Of a DNA stretch of 64,000 bases, positions 1-13,378 are shown one piece after another. The DNA is from Octopus vulgaris (Eukaryota): positions 122,884,001 to 122,948,000 of the forward strand of contig OX597820.1 in the NCBI GenBank assembly GCA_951406725.2, in the 5' to 3' direction. The notes beneath the pieces are model-generated. The model was not told the DNA's origin. It saw only the letters and a program-made list of their open reading frames with translations, and did not search any database. The position numbers and the translations under genes are program-made. The stretch's first letter is position 1. Every line of letters starts with the position of its first letter.

Positions 1-344
1 ATGGCAGGTAGTAAATATATGAACGCCATAGACAAATATGTGAATAACAAATAGCATACAACAGCACTTCTTGATTTATTAGAATTATCTCCTCATCTAG
101 AGGAAGTGTAACAATTACCAAATTGCAATTAAAACCAGCTCCGCTGAACAAGGGAGATAATCTCAAGTGTAAAGAATTTCTCCAAACCTGACACACCATT
201 AAGGATAAGAACAGACTAACAGTGTATCTATGAGGACAGTCATTAATTATTAACACTACGATAGACCTCTCGATATATATATATATTATTTATTTAAAGG
301 TACTTTTTGCTGAATTTTCTATCACGGATCAGTACATTATATAT

Positions 345-704
345 ATCTCTCTCTATATAAACGGCAGTTTGTCTGTGCGTGTTTCTGTGTGTCTGTTTGC
401 TTGTACCCTCACCCTGACCACGGCTTTCAACCGATTCTGATGAAACTTGATACACACATAGCCCAATGTCATAATTCAAAACTAACGCAGCGAAAATTTT
501 GAAAAGTTCCCCCAGTTCTGAAAAAAATCGATAAATTCGACATGGGGTCGAGAATCAGAAACACGAACCACAAACTGTCTAGGGGTCGCAACTCCACCTT
601 TTTTAAATCTCAAAAAAAAATTTACCATCATTTTTTTTCCATTTTTTGCTATTTTTTGGCTATAACTCTCTAAAAATGCTTTATAGTTATTTCCCTTACA
701 AACC
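345..704 (+). mobile_element. Non-autonomous Helitron, truncated just before the 3' hairpin
   Basis: 5' TC(TC)..TATATAAA..GTCTGTG start. 3' part 'TAACTCTCTAAAAATGCTTTATAGTTATTTCCCTTACAAACC' matches the complete Helitron at 51251-51552. Confidence 0.7.
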
Positions 705-1719
705 TGATCAGTACATTATATATATATATATATATATATACTCAGCATTGGTTGATCTCCGTGAGCAGTCAAGCGTGAGAGGAAACTTAGAGATGCTAGT
801 CAACATTTAATATAAACATACACACACATTCTCTCTCTCTCTTTCTCACACACACACGCGCTCGCACGCGCAAAGTCATTAACACACACAAACACATACA
901 CGCATACACACACACACACACACACACAAGCACATACATACATGCAGATGTCCGCGTTCATTTCATGTGTCTGTTCCTGAATATATTTGTGGTGTTAGAG
1001 CGTTATTTGAATTTGTATATCTTTGTATATTTGCACATTTTTCTTGAAAGCCGACTTTCTGTTTGTGTTTGATAAGGCTACGATCTGCTACTTTTTTCCA
1101 CTCTATGTAATCTAGTGGAACACTGTGTTGTCATGGCAACAAACATATCATTGATGCAATTCCATTGCTTAGAATTGTATAAAAGTGTCAGCGGAATCCA
1201 AAGCCCTATTGAACGATATCCAAATGCTTTTGTATCACTGGCTCTAATCCGTATTCTGTGTATGTGTGTGTGTATGCGTTTGCCCCAACGTGGCCGCTGC
1301 TCTCGAACTGAAAGAATAAAAGAATATGGAAGCAACTATCTCTCTAGCTATCATCCTGGGCCTTTTGCTCGATCCTCAGCTCTGTGGAATTCGTTATATG
1401 GGAATTTGATAGAAACCATTTACATGGATTTTGCTTGCACTTCAAAGGCCACGGCTAACAGTTATTGCGTCACACTGAATATCCTTGTTTAATATACGTT
1501 AATCGCTTATTAAACAACGAAGGAGATTAACCGATCACGTAACGTGAGTAATTCTCTACTTTCATCGCACCATAATATGTGACAAGTGACCTCGCAAGTA
1601 GATCTCAAAGGCCACTTTCTTTACTCCAACAAGTCCCACAGATAAAAACCCTGGTTAAGAAGAATACTTTTGTGGTTCGCTTATGATTTCTTTTCACCAC
1701 ACTAACTGCACAAGAGAAT

Positions 1720-1920
1720 CATTTCCCCATTAGGCTCAAAGCCTGAAATTTTGGAGGTCGGGACTAGAACGTTGACACCAACCCCAGTGCTCAGCTGTTG
1801 CTTATTTTATCAACCCCAGAAGGATGAAAGACAAAGTCGACCTCGGTGATATAACTCAATAACCGTAAAAAGTGCTGCTAAGACTTTATCCGGCATGGTA
1901 ACGATTCTACTAGCTCGCAG
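1720..1920 (-). mobile_element. Degenerate SINE family B
   Basis: Similar to 2811-3225 (GGATGAAAG.CAAAGTCGACCTCGG...AACGATTCT.C.AG.TCGC). Confidence 0.7.
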
Positions 1921-2810
1921 CTTTACGCTAAATGTTAATAATAAAACAAACGCTAATTTTAGTTAACTCCGAGCAAAAATTTCTCTCTTTTGTTCTATTT
2001 ATTTGACGTAGATCCTTCCACCTCTTATAGACATACAAAATATGCGTGCCTCTATGACACAGAAATTTGCTATTATTTTGCTGTAATACACGTCACTATC
2101 TACCTAGCGACTTGTCTTGTCGAGTAACATATATCATTCTTTCCACAATTCATCTGTCTCTCATCTGGAATACAGCAATAATAGCTTGTAGTTACTCTGG
2201 CACAAGTCCATATTCTAAGTTCATAAACCGTATCTACCGTTGTACAATCAAGTTTTTCATCGGTGAATAATCAACTGCCTCACCACCAGTATTGGGGATG
2301 TCTGCCTTAACTTCTCTCAACATCGTATAACCGCTGGAAGCTGTGTCACTGAATGTCAGTACCAGTTACTATAATATAACCATATACATCTCTGACACAC
2401 TGACACAGCAAATATTCTCGGCTTTTGCTTCATCATAAAGACCACCTCCCAAAGTCTCTTTGTTTAGTGGATCGGTCTGATCACAACCTGATGAAGACGA
2501 CAGCAACCCCTCTCCTCCACAACCTTCCGTGGCACAACATCACCACCGGGCCGAAGCGCCATACTTGCCACAAAACTTCCAAATGAAGATAATCTCTAGC
2601 TTAACTCAAGTCTTGCGACTAAACAACAGAAATGTGTATACAAAATCTGAACGACGCCCCACCCCCGCCATTCCCCGCAGACAATCACCTGGAGTGAGAA
2701 TACAATGTCTCTAAAGTAGAAAACATAATTTTTTACAAATCTTCATTTATCTCCACCCCAACCCCCCTTTTCCTTTTTTTCTCACCCTCACACAAGTTTA
2801 CCCAAGTTGT

Positions 2811-3225
2811 TTCTTCATTGCCCTCAAGGGGCTAAACACAGAGGGGAACAAACAAGGACAGACAAAGGGATCAAGTCGATTACATCGACCCCAGTGCGCA
2901 ACTGGTACTTAATTTATCGACCCCGAAAGGATGAAAGGCAAAGTCGACCTCGGTGGAATTTGAACTCAGAACGTAACGGCAGACGAAATACCTATTTCTT
3001 TATTACCCACAAGGGGCTAAACACAGAGGGGACAAACAAGGACAGACATAGGTATTAAGTCGATTACATCGACCCCAGTGCGTAACTGGTACTTAATTTT
3101 TCGACCCCGAAAGGATGAAAGGCAAAGTCGACCTCGGCGGAATTTGAACTCAGAGCGTAACGGCAGACGAAATACCGCTAAGCATTTCGCCCGGCGTGCT
3201 AACGATTCTGCCAGTTCGCCGCCTG
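2811..3225 (-). mobile_element. SINE family B with tandemly duplicated 3' portion
   Basis: tRNA-like head (rc GGCGGCGAACTGGCAGAATCGTTAGC...GAGTTCAAATTCC), a ~185-bp internal duplication, and a 16-bp TSD AGTTTACCCAAGTTGT at 2795-2810 and 3226-3241. Confidence 0.9.
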
Positions 3226-4364
3226 AGTTTACCCAAGTTGTCGCACGACTACCCTCGCACAGTATTCCATCCTATCAATGTAGTCAGTTTCTCGATTGTC
3301 CCCAAAGGTCACTATTTTCCTGCAAACGCCAACCTACATTTTACTAATTAAAGTTGACTTATCAACGCCTTAAGATTTGTCCTTTCTCATTTTCGTTATG
3401 TTGAATGTATGCGCACAGTGCCTTGTGTATATTGTGAGCGTGAACATGTGTAGAAGCATGTGCGTGCGTGAGAGTGTGTGAGCGTGAGTGTGGGCGCGTG
3501 TGCGTGTGTGTAAGCGCTTACAATGTTCTGTGTATGTATGCACAGAAGTGTTAGAAAAAAAATGTAGCAAAACAACGAAAGTATAGAATGAAGAATCAAC
3601 ATATCTATACAAGTTTTCTTCTTTTTTTATTCGAAACAAAATACTTTCCTCCACATTTGTCCCAATCACTAATAATCCAAAAAAAAACAACAATAAAAAA
3701 CAATTAAAATAGGGGAAATCAGCAAGCAAACCAAGCTGGCAAACAAAGCAAAGATTGTACCAATAGACGATACTTCTCTATTGATTTCGGACTAGTTCGC
3801 TACTGATACCGTTATTTGCTGATCGCCGATTCTCGTTATTATTTTTTGTCTTTTCTTGTATTCGTTCAGGAATATTTCACAAGACAATCGTTAATAAACT
3901 GGCCCCGAACAAACACTGATAGATTATATGCATACAGTTCGTTCATTGGTTCGCAATGCAAACTGACCTCGTCTTTCCTAAGACGTGATCTTGCACAAAT
4001 GCTTGAATGATTATAATGCAAGAGGACAAGCAGTAACCCAATGTCGGTCGAAACGGAATCTATTGGCACCCGTTGTCGCAACTATAGCAGCTTTACCAAA
4101 AACATTACCGTCTTCATATCACCAATACCTCGTCACCACCACCCACACCACCACCACCACCACCACCATTAAAATTACCACCACCCCCGTCACCTCCACT
4201 AACCCTCAATGTTCATTGGTAACTCCAATGCCAACACAACCATTACCTCTACTACCGTCAGTATCAACAGCATATTTCTTCAGCATCGATTATCACAACA
4301 TCGCCACTGATGATGGACAAGACGACGACAACAACCATCACCAACATCTCAACGGCTATCCGTA

Positions 4365-4925
4365 ATCCTAGGTCTATCTATAATCTCTGAGTCTTTCTGT
4401 AATCCTAAGTCTATCTGTAATACTCTCTCTATCTATAAATATTAGTATATGTATAATCCTCATTCTATAATCTTACGTCTATCTATAATTACAGGTCTAT
4501 CTATTAGAATAGATCTGTCTATAATTCTAGGTCTATCTATATAGGTTTGTCCTCTATCTATGATCCTATTTTTTTTCCATAATCCTACATATATTTATAA
4601 TTCTAGGCCTATCTATATTTATAGGTCTATATATAATCCTCGTTCAATAATGCCAGGTCTTTCTATAATCATGTGTCTATCAATAACTCCAGGTCCCTTT
4701 ATAATCCTAGATCTGTCATAATACTAGTTTTATCTCTAATCCTACGTCTTTCTATAATGTTAGGTCAATATATAACAATAATTTTCTCTATAATTCTCAG
4801 TTTTTCCATAATTCTAGGACTATAATACTTCGTCTCTCTAGAATCCTAGATCAGTCTATAATCCTACGTCTTTCTTCAGTCTTAGGTTTTCCTATAATCC
4901 TAGGTCTGCGTATATTTCTAGGCCT
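4365..4925. repeat. Degenerate ~20-bp minisatellite (consensus ~CTATAATCCTAGGTCTAT)
   Basis: About 25 or more diverged units visible by eye. Confidence 0.8.
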
Positions 4926-4964
4926 AACTAAAATATATATGTATTATATACACAGATATACATA

Positions 4965-5031
<67 letters not shown>

Positions 5032-5467
5032 GTGTCTGTCTGTATGTCTGTCTGTTTATGTGAGTGTATACGTGCTAATTCTCCGGTAAGTTCATGGTCT
5101 CCAACACACAGAAATGCGAAGGGAACAGGCCCAACTTATGGGTAGAAAAGGCTCTGAAGTCTTGGTTGACAATCTTGCAAGAGATTGTGTCTCGATAAAA
5201 AGTATCGATTTGTGGCTAACCTTGAAACACATACTGCAATGTCGAGTGAAAATGTCTAATGCAAATATATCAAATGATGGTGTTAATGAAACTGGAACAA
5301 AAGTTGAAAGCCTTTTGCTAGGCAGGTGCCTGTGGCTGAGCATTGCAGGCCCTGTCGTCATTCTGAGACTGCTTGTAAAGCCAGAGGCAGAGAAGAAGAT
5401 GGAATAAGGAGGCAAACCTAACGGTAATTGATGGCTGGTCAGGAGTGAACCCATTCTTTTGTTCTTT

Positions 5468-5815
5468 GTTCTTTTACTTGTTTCAGTCATTTGACTGCGG
5501 CCATGCTGGAGCACCGCCTTTAATCGAACAAATCGACCCCAGAACTTATTCTTTGTAAGCTTAGTACTTATTCTATCGGTTTCTTTTGCCGAACCGCTAA
5601 GTTACGGGGACATAAACACACCAGCACCGGTTGGGGGGGGAACCAAACACAGACACACAAATATATACACACATATACATACATATATACGACGGGCTTC
5701 TTTCAGTTTCCGTCTACCAAATCCACTCACAAGGCTTTGGTCGGCCCGAGGCTATAGTAGAAGACACCTGCCCAAGGTGCCACGCAGTGGGACTGAACCC
5801 GGAACCAAGTGGTTG
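5468..5815 (-). mobile_element. SINE family C (5'-truncated)
   Basis: High similarity to the copies at 5925, 18555 and 30277. Confidence 0.9.
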
Positions 5816-5924
5816 GATTCCGACAACGAATGAAAGCAAAATGGAATGAGATAGGACTCTTCGAAACAAGTGAGTAACGGTTAGCCGATCAGGTAATAAG
5901 AGTAAAAGGGTGATTAACAGACTC

Positions 5925-6345
5925 TCTCTCTTTACTCTTTACTCTTTTACTTGTTTCAGTCATCCGACTGCGGCCATGCTGGAGCACCGCCTTTAGTCGA
6001 GCAAATCAACCCCGGGACTTATTCTTTGTAAGCCCAGTACTTATTCTATCGGTCTCTTTTGCCGAACCGCTAAGTGACGGGGACGTAAACACGCCAGCAT
6101 CGGTTGTCAAGCAATGCTAGGGGGACAGACACACAAACACACACACATACAAATACATATATATATATATACATATATACGACAGGCTTCTTTCAGTTTC
6201 CGTCTACCAAATCCACTCACAAGGCATTGGTCGGCCCGGGGCTATAGCAGAAAACACTTGCCCAAGATGCCACGCAGTGGGACTGAACCCGGAACCATGT
6301 GGTTGGTTAGCAAGCTACTTACCACACAGCCACTCCTGCGCCTAT
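5925..6345 (-). mobile_element. SINE family C, full length
   Basis: rc head TAGGCGCAGGAGTGGCTGTGTGGTAAG..GGTTCAGTCCC (pol III A/B boxes). Tail GGCGGTGCTCCAGCATGGCCGCAG..GAAACAAGTAAAAGAG. Confidence 0.92.
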
Positions 6346-6598
6346 AGACGTAGAAATAGAAGAGATATAACAAGGAGATTAGAAGACTGAAATAATAGTT
6401 CACCAACAGATAACGTGACCAGTGAGAACAGAAACATCAAAAGCGGCAATGAAGAAGTAGAGCAAAATGTAAATGCATTCTTAGCAAATGCAGCAGAAGT
6501 ATTAGGAAGAGCTACGTCACGAGAATACGATGAGGACCAATTTGACATAGTGAGGACGACGCTGTACCGATATAATAGAGAAAACCAGGATCTGTATC

Positions 6599-6660
<62 letters not shown>

Positions 6661-6665
<5 letters not shown>

Positions 6666-7001
6666 TAGTTTTATTTTTATAGCGTGGTTTCACTTCACTA
6701 CCGAGCGCAGCTCGTGAGATTGTGAGCTTGAATCCCGGACCGGGATGCGTGTTGTGTTCTTGAGCAAGACACTTTATTTCACGTTGCTCCAGTTCACTCA
6801 GCTGTGGAAATAAGTTGCGACGTCACTGGTGCCAAGCTGTATCGGCTTTTGCCTGTATGTTATATGTGTTTGTAAGTCCTGGTGTTTTAGTTATGTATTT
6901 GTCTGAATATTTTTTTATCATACCTAATGCGCCAACTATGATAGGAATTGTTTCTGTTTTTAGATTCAAGCCCATGGTCAGTATCATGACCGAAGGGGGT
7001 C
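6661..7001. mobile_element. Interleaved mosaic of a Dong/R4 3' end (-) and SINE family A (+)
   Basis: 6661-6713 Dong 3'UTR, 6712-6854 SINE A body, 6853-6967 Dong RLE region, 6971-7001 SINE A tail. Compared with 7077-7420 and 30819-31160. Confidence 0.8.
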
Positions 7002-7017
7002 ACAACAAAAATCACAA

Positions 7018-7074
<57 letters not shown>

Positions 7075-7076
7075 GA

Positions 7077-7755
<679 letters not shown>

Positions 7756-9099
7756 CATCGTTCTGACAAACTCCTTGTAATGGGTATTTCTCGATAGCCT
7801 GCTGGAAGAAAATGAGTTCTGTCTATGAAAAAAAAAAGAAAAGTGATAAAAGTAAAATCATCAATTTCAACAGCAACCACAAAACACATTAAGAAAAATT
7901 GTTACAAATCGCAATTATTATAAGACATGTAAAAATCATCTCAACTTTTCCCCATCTCCATTCTCTCCTTCTCACCATCATCATCGTCGCCTTCTTCCCC
8001 GCCATCCTCCTCATCATCATCATCATCACCATCACCATCATTATCTGCGTCGCCGTCGTCATCGCCATCCTTTGTGTTATTCACTGCAATAAAGAAACCA
8101 AAAAAGTCAATATTGAATGATGAATCTAATCAATGTTATTAAACTAGAAAATTAATATTGATTTTACACGAACAGCAACGGCAATAACAACAACAATAAC
8201 AAAGTTGGCAACGAAAAAAAAATCGACAAAAGCAACCGACTCCTGTATGCGTATTTCTGTATGCGCATGCGTGTGTATATGTGCGTGCATGTATGCCATA
8301 ACGCTCATTTGATGTATGGCGGTGATGGTTTGGCTGTGTTTAAATTACCAATTTATTCCGTGTTAATTAACATTTATTACTTTTGTTCAACGTTATATAA
8401 ACATAATTTCAATACCTATGATGATATTTCACATTCCACTAAGGCAAATATAATCGCGTGTTAATCACTTCTGCTTGTCGCTCGTATCGAACTTAGCAGG
8501 GTTTTTTTTTTGTTTCATTTATTTTTGTTTTCCTCTTTTTTTTTTAGTTCATTGCACTTGTTCAGACATTATCATTTCACAAACTTCCTGTTTACTCCGA
8601 TTACACAGAATGTTCCATAAATGAGAATGCAGCATCTAAACATGTATTATGTTCGAAAATGTAGGGGAAAAAATGGGTGGCACCTACTCTTTCAGAACTG
8701 AAAACAAATTTCTAGCCCTGATATAAGCAATGTCTACAAGGTTGTTTCCGTTGTCATTTTAGAGGTTTTTTTAATGCTTCTTTTTATAATCTTACACCTG
8801 AAAATATCTATTGATATCACGAAAATATGATTGTCCTCTTGAAAGATCGTCGGATTTCTCTGGGAGATTTTCCAAACAAACTAGCAAAAATATAACTGAA
8901 TATTTGTTACGCTATCCACACTCTTATCCATGCAGTGTATATGCAAGACTAGTCTCCTCAGATAGGATATTAGGAGTTGTATGTTGTGTATGTATATATA
9001 TATATATATAATGCACCCATTTGAAAAAAGATTAAATCCACAAAACGCCTCTCGCTCATTCTGAAAATAATATTAATATTCAACATTTTTTTAGTTCAT

Positions 9100-9378
9100 C
9101 GCTTGGGTTAGTGCCTAGTATATTCGGCTTACGATCCTGAGCTCGATTCTTAGCGACCCTTGTGTCCTTGAGCAAACACTTTATTTCTTGTTGCTTCAGC
9201 TCACTGAAATAAGGTTTACCAGTAATTCATAGGGCGAGATTTGTAACATGCAGAATCTCCCTGAGATCTGCGTGAAGGCTACGCGTGTCTGTCGAGCGCT
9301 AAACCACTTACTTCAGTAGTAAATTGTTCGGTTGATCGCATCCACTGGAACACTCATGGTCGGATCCGGTGGAGAACC
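9100..9378 (+). mobile_element. Degenerate SINE with family A-like head/centre and family D-like tail
   Basis: GTGTCCTTGAGCAAACACTTTATTTC matches family A. ACGCGTGTCTGT..CCACTTAC..GTTGATCG..GGAAC.CTCAT matches the tail of 21638-21999. Confidence 0.6.
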
Positions 9379-10099
9379 ATATATATATAGCATTTGCCGA
9401 TGTCGTTTACACTATTAGAGCCACATTTAATTGTACATACAAGCACATGCACACACACACAAACACACACACACACATACACACACATATATATGTTTGC
9501 TCAAGGACACAAAGGCCACTAGGACTCGAGCTCAGGACCTGACGATCGTAAGCCGAATATTCTGGGCACTAACCCAAGCGATGAACTAAACAAATATTGA
9601 AATTTATTTTCAGAATGAGCGAGAGGCGTCTTGTGGATTTAATCTTTTTTAAAATGAGTGCTCTATATAATGCGTTTCATAATGATTTCAGAATGGGGAT
9701 ACGGTACAGTTATTTGGGCCAACTCTGTGGTTATTTTATGGCATAACGTACGTTCTCGGCAATAGAATTGATACTTTCGAGTAATCAAAATTCTGATCAC
9801 TGAATCAGCGTCTCTCCAGTCGAAAGAATATGGAATCATTTTCGCAACTTGAACTGAACACTCATCGCAACGGAATTCATTCGAACTGATACCGCCTGAC
9901 CAGTTTTCAAATGTCGTTTGCACATGTGTCTGATATATACCACTGACAAACGTACAGACAGACAGACACACATGCACACACACACATACACACACACTTA
10001 AACACACACTATCGTAAACAGTGTATGTATACATACACACAATATCCTATGTGTTGTACGTGAGCTCCTCAGTAAGTACTCTCAACCTGATGACCTTCC

Positions 10100-10952
10100 A
10101 TGCAATTCTAAAACAGCCGGACTAGCATACCACAAAGAAGACCTGGCAGTGCAACGCTCAGCATAGTTAAAAAAAAGACTATGCGTGGGTGTGTTTCCTG
10201 AAGACTTGAAGAAGATAGTAATATTGACATGGAGCAAAGCCTCTCTTGGATTCGTAACCACTACATCCCATCACGCTGCGAAAGCTATGAGTTTGTAATC
10301 CAAGAACAGGAGATTGCTACTAAATACCTAATCCACAGTAGAATCACTGAAGCCCTCGGAATTCTAACCTACAACCGAAAATATAGACTGTCATATTTCT
10401 GTGGAAGACAACACACATGTGGTTAGAAGCTGCCCAAAAGTGTCATCAAGGTTCTACCACCCTATGCAAAATGACGTCGCATAAACAATATACAATCACA
10501 TTCGGGAAAAAGTCTGTCAGGAATAAATGCAGATAATTCTCCAGTTATTGGATACATACACAAACATCAGCACAAGGAATACCGATGGAACATTCCCATC
10601 AAAACATCTCTCAAGTGTAAGCATAATAGGTTGGATATTATTGTTTGGGATAGACAAAAAAAACGTATCTACTACCAGAGAGGTCAGCTGTCCTGCTGAT
10701 GTGACTAATTCTTTGAAAGGGGAAGAGAAAGAAGACAACATGGAACAACTGCTTCGAACCATTCAGCTTCTCTATCCGGATTACAAATTTATACTAACAA
10801 TATTTGGAGCACTTGGTCTTGTAAGTAAATGCTTAACTGTTACTCTGGATAAGATTGGATTATCAGAAAAAGAAATCAACCAGCTGACTCGAACATTACA
10901 AATACAATCTATAAGCGGAACATTAAGACTATGCAAGACTTTTAAAATGTGA
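10100..10952 (+). mobile_element. Degraded RLE-type (R4/NeSL-like) non-LTR retrotransposon 3' end
   Basis: Frameshifted EVSCPAD..KEDN..YPDYKF..IFGALG..SISGTLRLCKTF, resembling a restriction-like endonuclease C-terminus. Confidence 0.6.
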
Positions 10953-11078
10953 CATTGTTTTCGTTATCTACATTCCACAGATGGGGATTTGTATCTTTAT
11001 TAGAAACCAGCTCCTTCTTCAGAGGAAGAATTTAAATGATTGAAAACAGAAGAAACACACACACACACACGCACACAT

Positions 11079-11575
11079 TTGCCGTAGAGAGCTATTGTCC
11101 GTTGTCAATCATTAGAAAATTGCTCTCACGTGGCTAAGGGTTGTTTTTGACCCTTTATTTTTGTAATGCTGGTGCTGACTAACACTCTTCGTCCCTTTAG
11201 TGACGACTGTGCCGGTTGCTTTTCGGTAGTAAATTGCGAATAATTATTTATAATTCTCGATTCATCATTTTCGGAATCAGTCAATGTTTCCTGTGGAGTT
11301 CTCTGTAAGACTGACAAGGTGAGATAAGTTTTTTAACCCCCGGCGACAGAATAATGGGTGACTGATGAAGATTAATCAAATCTGAAATCATCGCTGATAT
11401 AACCATCTCGCTTGCCGTAGGGAGCGTGTCTCCTTTGTCAGTCGTTAGAAAAGTGCTCTCACTTAGCTAAAAGTTTTGATTTTTATATCTAGCAATGGTG
11501 GTTGTGCTGACTAGCACCCGCCATCACTTTAGAGACGACCATATTTGTTGCCTTTCGGTTGTAAATTGAGAATAA
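11079..11575 (+). mobile_element. Retrozyme-like tandem repeat (~333-bp monomer x1.5) carrying a hammerhead
   Basis: 11079-11245 and 11412-11575 are diverged direct repeats (TTGCCGTAG.GAGC..TTAGAAAA.TGCTCTCAC..GTGCTGACTA.CAC..TTTCGGT.GTAAATTG.GAATAA). A hammerhead motif lies between them. Confidence 0.6.
11354..11406 (+). ncRNA. Type I hammerhead ribozyme (candidate)
   Basis: ATGGGTGA-CTGATGA-AGATT aatca AATCT-GAAA-TCA tcgc TGA-TA-TAACCAT. Intact core, 5-bp helix II, 4-bp helix III, AUA cleavage triplet. Helix I is imperfect. Confidence 0.65.
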
Positions 11576-12399
11576 CCACCCAAATAATTTATATATATAT
11601 ATATATATCATGAATTATATAAGGGTTGAACAGAAAGGACGCAACAAAGAGAAAAAGTTATACGAAAGCAGAGTCAACAGGAAACTAGACGAAAACTTAA
11701 CAGACAGGAAATTTAGACAAATACACGATACACGGAAGATTCGCAATTGGGTTTTCCTCGTCAGTCAATGACCCAAAATATCATAGTGGTTTCGTGCCAT
11801 TACCATTGAGACCACTCAATCTTGGAGACGCCAGTGCTGTTATTAAGCTACTGGAAAAAGCTACCTTATGTATACTAAGACAAAAAAAAAACAAGACATT
11901 ATTTAAATACAACAGAAAAAGAATTACGCATATAATAGCATGAATCCTTATGGCTATATAAAAAAAGAAGAAAAATAATAATTATGCATATATCACAAAT
12001 ATAACAGATGGAGCTTTGCAGCCATCGAAGGAATTTAGTGGGGGTGGTGCAAAGAGGAAATAGAGAAAGTCCTAGAGGACGTAGCAGGAGCCGAGACCAG
12101 TATGACCAGTCTGGCCAAAGGCAGGGTGACAAAGAACAACACTGCTTCGCCGAACACCGGTTACGTGGTAGGTAAGAGGAAGTATTGAAAGGGGAAAAGA
12201 ATGGGAGACAGAAAGGGAGAACGAAGGAACAGAGGGATTTAAGAAACAGAGTGAGAGAGAAGAGAAAGGTGCAAAGGAGGCAAGCAAGGGCGAAAAGAGA
12301 GGGTAAGAGTGCAACGCATTATGAAGCACAGGTCAAAGAAGACGGCGTAGAGCACGTGAGGTTCGAAACCAGCAATTTCGCGGGAAGCGGGTGAGTCAA

Positions 12400-12990
12400 T
12401 GGCATCGATCCCAGTACTCAACTGTTATGCATTTGATCGATCTTGAAGTGATTTGAGGCAAAGACGACTTCGATGAAAGTTTAATTTAGAACGTGAAGAG
12501 CTGTAACAAATACTGCTGAACACTTTGTCGGGCGCCGCCCAACTACATTTACCCTACTAATCACAATAAAATTAATTCTTACTATTATATGAATAAGACC
12601 TGAAAATTTGGTGGAGGACCTGGGCGAAAACATCGACCCCCTGTGATCAACTGGTACTTATTTCATTGACCTTGGAAGGAAAAATAGGTACATTCGACCT
12701 CAGCGGAATTTGAACTCACAACTTAAAGACAGAAGAAATACTGCGACCCATTTTATCCGAGGTGCTAACGATTCTGCCGGCTCACCATCTTAATAATCAT
12801 AATAGTGATTTCAAATCTTGGCACATGGCCAGCGATTACGGGGTCGGGAGTAAGTCGATTACACTGACCCCAGTGTCCAACTGGTACTTATTTCATCGAG
12901 CCCTAAAGGATGAAAGGTAATGTCGACCTCAGTGGAATTTGAACTCAGAACGTTTTGTCCGTCGCGGTTACGATTCTGCCAGTTCGCCAT
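12400..12990 (-). mobile_element. Cluster of three degenerate SINE family B copies
   Basis: Repeated TCGACCCC.GTG..CAACTGGTACTTATTT and GACCTCAG.GGAATTTGAACTCA motifs. Confidence 0.75.
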
Positions 12991-13051
<61 letters not shown>

Positions 13052-13109
13052 TTAATAATAATAATAATAATAATTATTATTATTATTATTATTAACATGG
13101 CGAACTGAA

Positions 13110-13275
13110 GAAAAAATGCTTTCATGAAAAAAAATGCTTTCTAATTGATGTATCAATACCGGCAGATGACAACGTGTCTCTAAAAGAAATGGAGAAACTT
13201 TCAAAATACAAAAACCTGGAAATAGAGGTAACTAGAATGTGGAATCTAAAAACAGAAACAATTCCTATCATAGTG
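13110..13275 (+). mobile_element. Dong/R4 subfamily B fragment
   Basis: Encodes CFLIDVSIPADDNVSLKEMEKLSKYKNLEIEVTRMWNLKTETIPIIV and follows a (TAA)n tract. Confidence 0.85.
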
Positions 13276-13378
13276 GGTGTTTTCGCTCAATAAACACTCA
13301 TAACGTCCGGTCTGGGAATCGAAACTGCGATCCTACGACCGCGAGTCCACTGCCTAACCCCTGGGCCATTGCGCCTCA
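13276..13378 (-). mobile_element. SINE family D tRNA-like head fused to the Dong fragment
   Basis: Matches 21897-21999. Confidence 0.85.

Noticed and set aside
1115-1492. 125-aa ORF as a host gene
   Set aside because: No recognisable domain, includes a (TG)n tract, and has no supporting exon structure.
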